Notes: generated from the letters alone by a model not told the origin. 23,584 bases of DNA from Neoechinorhynchus agilis (GCA_051530055.1 JBMGUZ010000042.1:1-23584); one strand, 5' to 3'. Shown: positions 1 to 10,176, counted from the first letter of the stretch. A program made the numbers and translations.

Positions 1-3000
1 GATCGCATTTCATCATAGCAAATTAAAGGATAAAATAGCACAAAAAAGAGAATTCGCCCGACATTTCAATCGCTAAGAATTCAAGTACAAATTAAGATGA
101 GAAATCTCGATATCATCATTCGTTCAGTAGAACGAAAGTTAGATTTTTGAGAAATTCATCATCTCACCTAAAGAATTCTAAAGAATGCTCAGAAGAAAAA
201 CTTTCGTCAATAAATCCGAAGACCATCGCGAAGATCGCATTTCATCATACCAGATTAAAGGATAAAATAGCACAAAAGTTAGAAGTCGCCCGAAACTTCA
301 ATCGCTAACAACTCTATTAAAAATTAAGATCAGAAATCTCGATATCATCATTCGTTCAGTAGAACGAAAGTTAGATCTTTGAGAAATTCATCATATCATC
401 TAAAGAATTCTAAAGAATGCTCAGAAGCAAAACTTTCGTCAATAAATCCGAAGACCATCGCGAAGATCGCATTTCATCATAGCAAATTGAAGGATAAAAT
501 AGCAAAAAAAGAGAATTCGCCCGAGATTTCAACCGCTAAGAATTCCAGTACAAATTAAGATTAGAAATCTCGACATCATCATTCGTTCAGTGGAACGGAA
601 GTTAGATTTTTGAGAAATTCATCATCTCATGTAAAGAATTTCAAGGAATGTACAGAAGCAAAACTTTGGCCAATAAATCCGAAGACCATCGCGAAGATCG
701 AATTTAATCACAGCAAATTAAAGGATAAAATATCACAAAATAGAGAATTTGCCCGAGATTGCAATCGCTAAGAATTCAAGTACAAATGAAGATCAGAAAT
801 CTCGATATAATCATACGTTCAGTAGAACGAAAGTAAGATTTTTAAGAAATTCATCATCTCATCTCAAAGAATTCTAAAGAATGCTCACAAGAAAAACTTT
901 CGTCGATAAATCCGAAGACCATCGCGAAGATCGCATTCCATCATAGCAAATTAAAGGATAAAAAAGCACAAAAAGGAGAATTCGCACGACATTTCAATCG
1001 CCAAGAATTCAAGTACAAATTAAGATCATAAATCTCGATATTATCAATCGTTCACTAGATCGAAAGTTAGATTTTTGAGAAATTCATCATCTCATCCCAA
1101 ACAATTCTAAAGAATGCTCACAAGAAAAACTTTCGTCGATAAATCCGAAGACCATCGCGAAGATCGCATTTCATCATAGCATATTAAAGGATAAAAAGGC
1201 ACAAAAAGGAGAATTCGCACGACATTTCAATCGCCAAGAATTCAAGTACAAATTAAGATCAGAAATCTCGATATTATCAATCGTTCACTAGAACGAAAGT
1301 TAGATTTTTGAGAAATTACTCATCTCATCTCCAAGAATTCTAAAGAATGCTCAGAAGCAAAACTTTCGTCAATAAATCCGAAGACCATCGCGAAGATCGC
1401 ATTTCACCACTGCAAATTAAAGGATAAAATATCACAAAAGGGAGAATTAACCCGAGAATTTAATCGCTAACAACTCTACTAAAAATTAAGATCAGAAATC
1501 TCGATATCTTCATTCGTTCTGTAGAATGAAAGTTTGATTTTTGAGAAATTCATCATCTCATCTAAAGAATTCTCACAAGAAAATCGTTCGTCAATTAATC
1601 CGAAGACCATCGCGAAGATCGCATTTCATCACTGCAAATTAAAGTATAAAATATCACAAAATAGAGAATTTGCCCGAGATTTCAATCGCTAAGAATTCAA
1701 GTACAAATGAAGATCAGAAATCTCGATATAATCATTCGTTCAGTTGAACGAAAGTACGATTTTTGAGAAATTCATCATCTCAAAGAATTCTAAAGAATGA
1801 TCACAAGAAAAACTTTCGTCAATAAATCCGAAGACCATCGCGAAGATCGCATTTCATCATAGCAAATTAAAGGATAAAAAAACACAAAAAGGAGAATTCG
1901 CCCGACATTTCAATCGCAAAAAATTCAAGTACAAATTAAGGTCAGAAATCTCGATATCATCATTCGTTCAGTAGAACGAAAGTAAGATTTTTGAGAAATT
2001 ACTCATCTCATCTCCAAGAATTCTAAAGAATGCTCACAAGAAAAACTTTCGTCAATAAATCCGAAGACCATCGCGAAGATCGCATTTCATCACTGCAAAT
2101 TAAAGGATAAAATATCACAAAAATGAGAATTAACCCGAGAATTTAATCGCTAAGAATTCAAGTACGAATTAACATCAGAAATCTCGATATCATCATTCGT
2201 TCAGTAGAACGAAAGTTAGATTTTTGAAAAATTCATCATCTTATCTCAAAGAATTCTAAAGAATGCTAACAAGAAAAACTTTCGTCAATAAATCCGAAGA
2301 CCATCGCGAAGATAGCATTTCATCATAGAAAATTAAAGGATAAAAAAGCACAAAAAGAAGAATTCGCACGACATTTCAATCGCCAAGAATTCAAGTACAA
2401 ATTAAGATCATAAATCTCGATATCATCATTCGTTCACTAGAACGAAAGTTAGATTTTTGAGAAATTACTCATCTCATCTCCAAGAATTCTAAAGAATGCT
2501 CAGAAGCAAAACTTTCGTCAATAAATCCGAAGACCATCGCGAAGATCGCATTTCATCATAGCAAATTAAAGGATAAAATAGCACAAAAAAGAGAATTCGC
2601 TAGAGATTTCAATCGCTAAGAATTCAAGTACAAATTAACATCATAAATCTCGATATCATCATTCGTTCAGTAGAACGAAAGTAAGATTTTTGAGAAATTC
2701 ATCATCTCATCTCAAAGAATTCTAAAGAATGCTCACAAGAAAAACTTTCGTCAATAAATCCGAAGACCATCGCGAAGATCGCATTTCATCATAGCAAATT
2801 AAAGGATAAAAAAGCACAAAAAGAAGAATTCGCACGACATTTCAATCGCCAAGAATTCAAGTACAAATTAAGATCATAAATCTCGATATCATCATTCGTT
2901 CAGTAGAACGAAAGTTAGATTTTTGAGAAATTCATCATCTCATCTAAAAAATTCTAAAGAATGCTCAGAAGCAAAACTTTCGTCAATAAATCCGAAGACC

Positions 3001-6000
3001 ATCGCGAAGATCGCATTTCATCATAGCAAATTAAAGGATAAAATATCACAAAAAAGAGAATTTGCCCGAGATTTCAATCGCTAAGAATTCAAGTACAAAT
3101 TAAGATCAGAAATCTCGATATCATCATACGTTCAGTAGAACGAAAGTAAGATTTTTGAGAAATTCATCATCTCATCTCAAAGAATTCTAAAGAATGCTCA
3201 CAAGAAAAACTTTCGTCAATAAATCCGAAGACCATCGCGAAGATCGCATTTCATCATAGAAAATTAAAGGATAAAAAAGCACAAAAAGAAGAATTCGCAC
3301 GACATTTCAATCGCCAAGAATTCAAGTACAAATTAAGATCATAAATCTCGATATCATCATTCGTTCACTAGAACGAAAGTTAGATTTTTGAGAAATTACT
3401 CATCTCATCTCCAAGAATTCTAAAGAATGCTCAGAAGCAAAACTTTCGTCAATAAATCCGAAGACCATCGCGAAGATCGCATTTCATCACTGCAAATTAA
3501 AGGATAAAATATCACAAAAAGGAGAATTAACCCGAGAATTTAATCGCTAAGAATTCAAGTACGAATTAACATCAGAAATCTCGATATTATCATTCGTTCA
3601 GTAGAACGAAAGTTAGATTTTTGAGAAATTCATCATCTCATCCCAAAGAATTCGAAAGAATGCTCACAAGAAAAACTTTCGTCAATAAATCCGAAGACCA
3701 TCGCGAAGATCGCATTTCATCATAGCAAATTAAAGGATAAAAAAACACAAAAAGGAGAATTCGCCCGACATTTCAATCGCCAAGAATTCAAATACAAATT
3801 AAGGTCAGAAATCTCGATATCATCATTCGTTCAGTAGAACGAAAGTAAGATTTTTGAGAAATTAATCATCTCATCTCAAAGAATTCAAAAGAATGCTAAC
3901 AAGAAAAACTTTCGTCAATAAATCCGAAGACCATCGTGAAGATAGCATTTCATCATAGCAAATTAAAGGATAAAATAGCACAAAAAGAAGAATTCGCACG
4001 ACATTTCAATCGCCAAGAATTCAAGTACAAATTAAGATCAGAAATCTCGATATCATCATTCGTTCAGTAGAACGAAAGTTAGATTTTTGAGAAATTCATC
4101 ATCTCATCTAAAAAATTCTAAAGAATGCTCAGAAGCAAAACTTTCGTCAGTAAATCCGAAGACCATCGCGAAGATCGCATTTCATCATAGCAAATTAAAG
4201 GATAAAATAGCACAAAAAGAGAATTCGCTAGAGATTTCAATCGCTAAGAATTCCAGTACAAATTACCATCATAAATCTCGACATCATCATTCGTTCAGTA
4301 GAACGAAAGTAAGATTTTTGAGAAATTCATCATCTCATCTCAAAGAATTCTAAAGAATGCTCATAAGAAAAACTTTCGTCAATAAATCCGAAGACCATCG
4401 CGAAGATGGCATTTCATCCTAGGAAATTAAAGGATAAAAAAGAACAAAAAAGAGAATTCGCCCGACATTTCAATCGCCAAGAATTCAAGTACAAATTAAG
4501 ATGAGAAATCTCGATATCATCATTCGTTCAGTAGAACGGAAGTTAGATTTTTGAGAAATTCATCATCTCATGTAAAGAATTCCAAAGAATGCTCAGAAGC
4601 AAAACTTTGGTCAATAAATCCGAAGACCATCGCGAAGATCGCATTTCATCATAGCAAATTAAAGGATAAAATAGCAAAAAAAGAGAATTCGCCTGAGATT
4701 TCAATCGCTAAGAATTCCAGTACAAATTAATATCAGAAATCTCGATATCATCATTCGTTCAGTAGAACGGAAGTTAGATTTTTGAGAAATTCATCATCTC
4801 ATCAAAAGAATTCCAAAGAATGCTCAGAAGCAAAACTTTGGTCAATAAATCCGAAGACCATCGCGAAGATCGCATTTAATCATAGCAAATTAAAGGATAA
4901 AATATCACAAAATAGAGAATTCGCCCGACATTTCAATCGCCAAGAATTCAAGTACAAATTAAGATCAGAAATCTCGATATCATCATTCGTTCAGTAGAAC
5001 GAAAGTAAGATTTTTGAGAAATTAATCATCTCATCTCAAAGAATTCTAAAGAATGCTCAGAAGCAAGACTTTCTTCAGTAAATCCGAAGACCATCGCGAA
5101 GATCGCATTTCATCATAGCAAATTAAAGGATAAAATAGCAAAAAAAAGAGAATTCGCTAGAGATTTCAATCGCTAAGAATTCCAGTACAAATTACCATCA
5201 TAAATCTCGATATAATCATACGTTCAGTAGAACGAAAATAAGATTTTTGAGAAATTCATCATCTCATCTAAAGAATTCTAAAGAATGCTCAGAAGCAAAA
5301 CTTTCGTCAATAAATCCGAAGACCATCGCGAAGATCGCAACTCATCATTGCAAATTAAAGGATAAAATTGCACAAAAGGGAGAATTCGCCCGAAATTTGA
5401 ATCGCTAACAATTCAATTAAAAATTAAGATCAGAAAACTCGATATCATCATTCGTTCAGTAGAACGAAAGTCAGATTTTTGAGAAATTCATCATCTCATG
5501 TAAAGAATTCTATAGAATGCTCACAAGAAAATTGTTCGTCAATTAATCCGAAGACCATCGCGAAGATCGCATTTCATCATATAAAATTAAAGATAAAATA
5601 TCACAAAAGGGAGAATTCGTCCGAGATTTCAGTCGCCAATAATTCAATTACAAAATAAGATAAGAAATCTCGACATCATCATTCGTTCACTGGAGCGAAA
5701 GTAAGATTTTTGAGATATTCATCATCTCATGTAAAGAATTCTATAGAATGCTCACAAGAAAATTGTTCGTCAATTAATCCGAAGACCATCGCGAAGATCG
5801 CATTTCATCATATAAAATTAAAGATAAAATATCACAAAAGGGAGAATTCGTCCGAGATTTCAGTCGCCAATAATTCAATTACAAAATAAGATAAGAAATC
5901 TCGACATCATCATTCGTTCACTGGAGCGAAAGTAAGATTTTTGAGATATTCATCATCTCACCTCTAAGAATTCTAAAGAATGCTCACAAAAAATCGTTCG

Positions 6001-6030
6001 TCAATAATTGCGAACATTATCGCATTTCAT
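1..6030. repeat. Tandem satellite array, ~26 copies of a ~232-bp monomer (open at the window's 5' edge)
   Basis: The anchor motif GAAGACCATCGCGAA|GATCGCATTTCATC recurs with GATCGC starting at 1, 233, 465, 696, 929, 1162, 1395, 1617, 1845, 2078, 2311, 2544, 2777, 3009, 3242, 3475, 3708, 3941, 4173, 4405, 4637, 4868, 5101, 5333, 5565 and 5796. Spacing is mostly 231-233 bp, with one 222-bp and one 228-bp unit from slippage deletions. The array degenerates at about 6000-6030. Confidence 0.98.
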
Positions 6031-6256
6031 GGCAAATTCAAAGATCTCATGGAGCGAATCGTTCTTCCGGTGTTACTATGAAATTCACCATCTTAATTTT
6101 TGAAGGTTTCCCTTACCGTTAAATTGTTTTCCATTGTTTTTATCTACTTTGTGGTGATGAGTTTTTTTACAGTAATTTTTTTAAATGTATTACGATGTTG
6201 TCGTTTTCCCCATAGTATTTTAATTCTTTTTCTTGTCGATACTTTTTCACTTGCGG

Positions 6257-6556
6257 ATGAAAAAGCAAGCAAATGCTGCGCCTGTGGGTGCATTTAAATC
6301 TCCTCTGAGGAGAGTTGATGACAAATGTTTAACTTCTGATTTGCGAAAAGAAATTGAAGACTTGGAGAAGGAGTTACTTGAACTCGGGAGTGCAAATGAT
6401 GTCGAATGCGATGAAAGTCGTCGTTATCGCGATCTTCTTCATGAATACAACGATATTAAAGACGTGGCTCAAATCCTGTTAGGTCAAATCGCATCAATTG
6501 ATCAATGTTCGATTAAGCAGGTGTCTGAACGGTTTGGCATCGGCGATAATGATTGA
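6257..6556 (+). CDS. SWI5: DNA repair protein SWI5 homolog (Swi5-Sfr1 Rad51/Dmc1 mediator), single exon, 99 aa
   Basis: The ATG at 6257 lies within ORF 6233..6556. Motifs GAFKSP, LHEYNDIKDVAQILLG and C-terminal FGIGDND match the recalled Swi5/Sae3 family (human GAFRSP, LHEYNDIKDVGQMLMG, FGLDMND). Confidence 0.93.
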   Translation: MKKQANAAPVGAFKSPLRRVDDKCLTSDLRKEIEDLEKELLELGSANDVECDESRRYRDLLHEYNDIKDVAQILLGQIASIDQCSIKQVSERFGIGDND

Positions 6557-6624
6557 GAATAGATTGTTTTTTATGTTACTTATGTTTTTCTTTTATTTAT
6601 TCTAGATCTCGATGCAATTCTGAT

Positions 6625-7686
6625 ATGCGATGTCTACAGGCGCCCATACTTTTAATAGTCGTATTCTGTAAGTTAATGTTTTTGAAAGTGTGTTTAAAAT
6701 ATGTTTGTTTTAGTACGAACGGCAGTTCTTCTTGAATGTTATGTGTGCCGAAATCAAGAGGAAGCTTATGGAAAATGTGCGAAGACTATAAGACAATGCA
6801 CACCAAATCAAACAACTTGTATGACTCTAGTACATCACACAGGTTCATCGTATTCGTTTTCTACTTTATCTACGACTTTATAATAGTCAATCTTGAATGG
6901 ACTGAAGGAATGCAAAGACGACATTATGTGAACAAATACTGTTCTACAGAGCTCGAATGCCAAAAATGCAAGTAATCATTTTTTAGCAGTTGCGAGATAT
7001 TTTCGAATAGGATCGTTTTTAGGTCCCGGTGTATCGTTTTTCTTTAACCAATTGATTTCATTACGTTGCGAAAAAATGTATTCTTAAAATGCGAATTTAA
7101 AGTTTTCATGCTTTATAAAACTCGATCGCTCTATGTGAGTGTGTAAGCTAAAATTGTATTTTATAAAGTTAAAATCATTAAAGGAATTCAGAGGCGCGAA
7201 TTTCGAAGTGACGATAAACGTTTGGTACTCGAATTTCGCAAGTTTTGCCAGTTCGAAAATTGAGCTCTCTCGTATTTACTGAAGGCGGGCATCTCCGCAC
7301 CCAATCAAAAAGTGCATCGATATTTGTAGTTATTTCAAACGGACAGAGTACATTTGTTTGAAAAATTGTTGCTTGTTTATTATAATATCTATGAAGCAAA
7401 GGTCTTTTCTTGAAAGACTCGCGTAAGTCATCCCACGAATAATATCCCCAATTTAGATCTTTTGGCCTTCTCTAATGTTTGTAACGGCCGTGACGGCCAA
7501 CGTGACTGGGCTTGTATAGACTGCTGTCTAGGCGACAGGTGCAACTATTATGTTACGGTAAAGTTTTTTTCTTCGATTATCCATTATTTTTGTCTTCATG
7601 TTTAGTTGTCCAGAAGCTGTCAATTGAGAATGATGAGTGTGACTAAGATTTTAGCCACTCTCCTTCCGTTTGTATGTTGTAATTGA
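6625..7686 (+). CDS. bou: Boudin-like Ly6/uPAR (three-finger) GPI-anchored protein, 5 exons
   Basis: Manually spliced exons are 6625-6667, 6714-6842, 6887-6967, 7457-7557 and 7606-7686. They give a signal peptide MRCLQAPILLIVVFLRTAVLL, then ECYVCRNQEEAYGKCAKTIRQC...TTC...KYCSTELECQKYLLAFSNVC...DWACIDCCLGDRCNYYVT, then a hydrophobic tail. The 12-Cys pattern and DRCNYY end match recalled arthropod boudin. Intron 3 needs a GC donor. Confidence 0.85.
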
Positions 7687-7972
7687 CGCTACCTTTTTAC
7701 TGAAGAGTGAGCCGCAAACGTTGAAATTTTGCTCCGGCATATCACTAAGACATTGTACGACTAAAAAATTAGAAAGTTGCCATGTTTCACTTTCATTTGA
7801 TAGTCGTGGAATATCGAGAAGAGTTTTACGTTGAATTCTCGAAGACAATTCTTGATTATTTCTAAAAGGGAAACGACACGCGCTGCAAATTTTCTTATTC
7901 ACTCTGAAGTTTTGACTCACCATCGTCGTCTATTCGTTTTCCCTTTGCTCTTCAAGATCTACGTAGCTGTAA

Positions 7973-8500
7973 ATGTCATCTTTAAGCCCTGAACAACTTG
8001 ATACGATCAGTGAAGTATTCGCGACCTTCGACGATAAAGGAGACAACCGTATTAGTGTAACGTACTTGGGAGATGTAGTGCGCGCTCTTGGATTAAATCC
8101 GTCAAACGCTAAGATTGCTCACGTAAGTAAAGACTTTCAAAAAGATGGTCAACAGGGACCAGTTCGAATCACTCTTGAACAATTCCTTCCAATTTACGAG
8201 AATCTGTCAAAGCATGCTCAAGCTGAATTTCCCAGCAAAGATGAGTTTATAGACGGCCTTAGATCGAGTCTCTTAGTTAAATAAGCTCTTTTATAAAGAC
8301 AAAGAGATTTCGGACGTAGAGTTTTCGATCGAGAGATGAATGGCCTTATTTCAGCTGCTGAACTACGACACCTTTTGACCACCATCGGAGATAAACTCAG
8401 TGAAGAGGAATGCGAGTTACTCCTTCACGGATTCGAGGACAAGAACGGAAACGTTCATTATGAAGATTGGATTAGCGCATTGATGAATCCTTCGACCTAA
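7973..8500 (+). CDS. Myosin essential (alkali) light chain, EF-hand protein (MYL6/Mlc-c-like), 2 exons, ~156 aa
   Basis: Exon 1 (7973-~8262) encodes [14 protein letters not shown]...[13 protein letters not shown]...EQFLPIY...DEFIDGLR. Exon 2 (~8320-8500) encodes [30 protein letters not shown]...GNVHYEDWI. An AATAAA signal is at 8529-8534. The exact junction is non-canonical (see findings). Confidence 0.92.
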
Positions 8501-8900
8501 TCCTTGCGGAAGCATAATATTTTTCTTTAATAAAAATGAACTTTAGTGATATTCACGTTTATTTGAAGCTTATCAGGTTCTTTTGATTCTTTAAAGATAT
8601 GCTCAAGTCAGCGATCTTGTTTAATAAAAAGATTCATCCAACTTTAAGTTTGAAACATATGGTAAGTTCTCGTATGTAAAAAATTGAAATCGGGTATGGG
8701 AAGCCGTTTACTTTTTAAGTGTATTTGAAGTGATTATCTCTTACACGATTGAAGATTATTTTCATTGGGCACGCAGCCCACCGCTCTGAGTGAGGGAAGT
8801 GATTAAATCACTGAAACCCTGAACCACACAGTTAGAAGTTTGTAGATCCCCCACGGATCCTCAGATAACTCCCAAGGAGGCGGAATTCACAACTGAATTT

Positions 8901-9028
8901 GGAATTATTGCTTAGGTCTACACTCGGTAAATGATTATTTATTGAAGACGTTTCGAACCTCGTCGTTCCCCGGTGTAGACCTAAACAATAATTCCAATCA
9001 CATTCCTCAGTACCCCACATATCGACAT
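8901..9028. mobile_element. Partial copy of the palindromic MITE found in full at 22049-22303
   Basis: It shares TACAC(T/C)CGGTAAAT...TTTCGAACCTC and CCGG..TGTAG.CCTAAACAATAATTCCAATCACATTCC...CACATATCGACAT with 22106-22270. Most of the inner right hairpin arm is deleted. Confidence 0.85.
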
Positions 9029-9343
9029 TTTTATATAAGTGAATTTTCTTCAGCAGTATTTCGTCTCCCTTGCTTACAAGTCATCGGCGATAATGGATTT
9101 TGAACTCTTTGACACTGAAACAGGAAATGGGGCTAAAGTTCCCTAGACCACGTCCACACAACTACGTAATGTACCGATTATGCCGGTTTTATATCTTAGC
9201 ACAAGTGATCAATTTTTTATCTTGTCTCGATAGCCGTTTAGATTTTTTCCAAGTGTTGAAGTGAATATTCCCTACACGTCTGATTATTTTAATTGGACAC
9301 ACAGTCCACCGATATGAGCCTGGGAAGCCATTGAATCACTTAA

Positions 9344-9616
9344 AACGCTTACAAACTCATAACCTTATGGATCAAGGAATCTGCTCCTTCGTACTCGTTG
9401 AGATTTGTGTGAGGAACTGAAGGATGGAAAATGTTGGGGCGACGCGAGTGTTGTAAGTGTGAGCAAAAGGAGAAATTTGTGGTAGAAATTGAAGAAGAGG
9501 AAGAGAATGAAGGCGCTTTGAGTGTTTGTGAAAGATTAGAGAGAGGTGTTTTTCTAAGGGAACGAGTTCGAAGGAGCAGATTCCTTGATCCATAAGGTTA
9601 TGAGTTTGTAAGCGTT
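9344..9616. mobile_element. Foldback/MITE-like element with 56-bp terminal inverted repeats
   Basis: 9344-9399 (AACGCTTACAAACTCATAACCTTATGGATCAAGGAATCTGCTCCTTCGTACTCGTT) is the reverse complement of 9561-9616 with 1 mismatch. The 161-bp core is purine-rich. Confidence 0.8.
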
Positions 9617-9739
9617 GATTTATTTATTTAATAATTTTTGGCACTGCAAGCTCCTACAACTTGAGCGCTGTTAAAAATTGAAATCGGATGTGGAAAAATC
9701 TCTAATTCATTATAAACTATTATTTCTATTCGTTTAAAG

Positions 9740-10176
9740 ATGGATAAAACAACCGAGGGGGAAAAGAAGTTGAAATTCAATAGACCGCAACTTGGTCCTG
9801 GTAGATCGCTCGTTGACTGGGTCAGGCTATGTTCATCGATGCAGATCAAATCCAATATTCAAAGATCAATAACAACCTCTGAATTAGCTGAGCACAATAA
9901 ATCAGACAATGCCTGGACTTGTCTGTGCGGTGAGGTTTACAACATCAGTGAGTATTTGGAGTATCATCCAGGAGGCAAAGAAGAACTTATGAAAGCTGCA
10001 GGAATCGACGCCACCAATTTGTTTAATCAGGTGCGTTTTATTGCAGTTTTGAACCATCTACGTTGGCTCTTATCTAGACTCATCGGTGGGTAAATTTCAG
10101 AAAAATACTAGCTCCTTTTCGAATTGGATATCTTCAAAGGAACGTATTCTTGGAAAGGAAATCCCAATCCCAATAG
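9740..10176 (+). CDS. Cytochrome b5 heme-binding domain protein, homologous to the N-terminus of CYB5R4/NCB5OR
   Basis: Exon 1 is 9740-10030, followed by a GT-AG intron (10031-10077) and exon 2 (10078-10176). The protein contains LGPGRSLVDWVRL, the heme motif EYHPGGKEELM, and the second axial His in THRWVNF. The stop is at 10174-10176. No reductase domain was recognised downstream. Confidence 0.85.

Noticed and set aside
119-136. CENP-B box in the satellite (TTCGTT...)
   Set aside because: The spacing and the terminal CGGG of TTCGNNNNANNCGGG are not matched.
4087-4997. ORFs 4087..4353 and 4782..4997 as repeat-protein genes
   Set aside because: They have non-ATG starts. Most monomers are 232-233 bp, so the frame breaks between units, and neighbouring units contain stops.
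1-6030. CRISPR array
   Set aside because: The whole ~232-bp unit is repeated with no unique spacers, there are no cas genes, and the context is eukaryotic with introns.
7651-7923. Unspliced 90-aa - strand ORF
   Set aside because: No family is recognisable and it overlaps the Ly6 3' exon. ATG|GTGAGT looks more like a Met-only exon and donor (reported as a finding).
8729-8830. Possible C/D-box snoRNA (GTGATTA...CTGA)
   Set aside because: Box C is imperfect and there is no terminal stem or recognisable guide. Such matches are expected by chance.
8832-9593. ORFs 8832..9020, 9372..9593 and 22064..22312
   Set aside because: They lie within MITE or foldback sequence and encode no transposase motifs.
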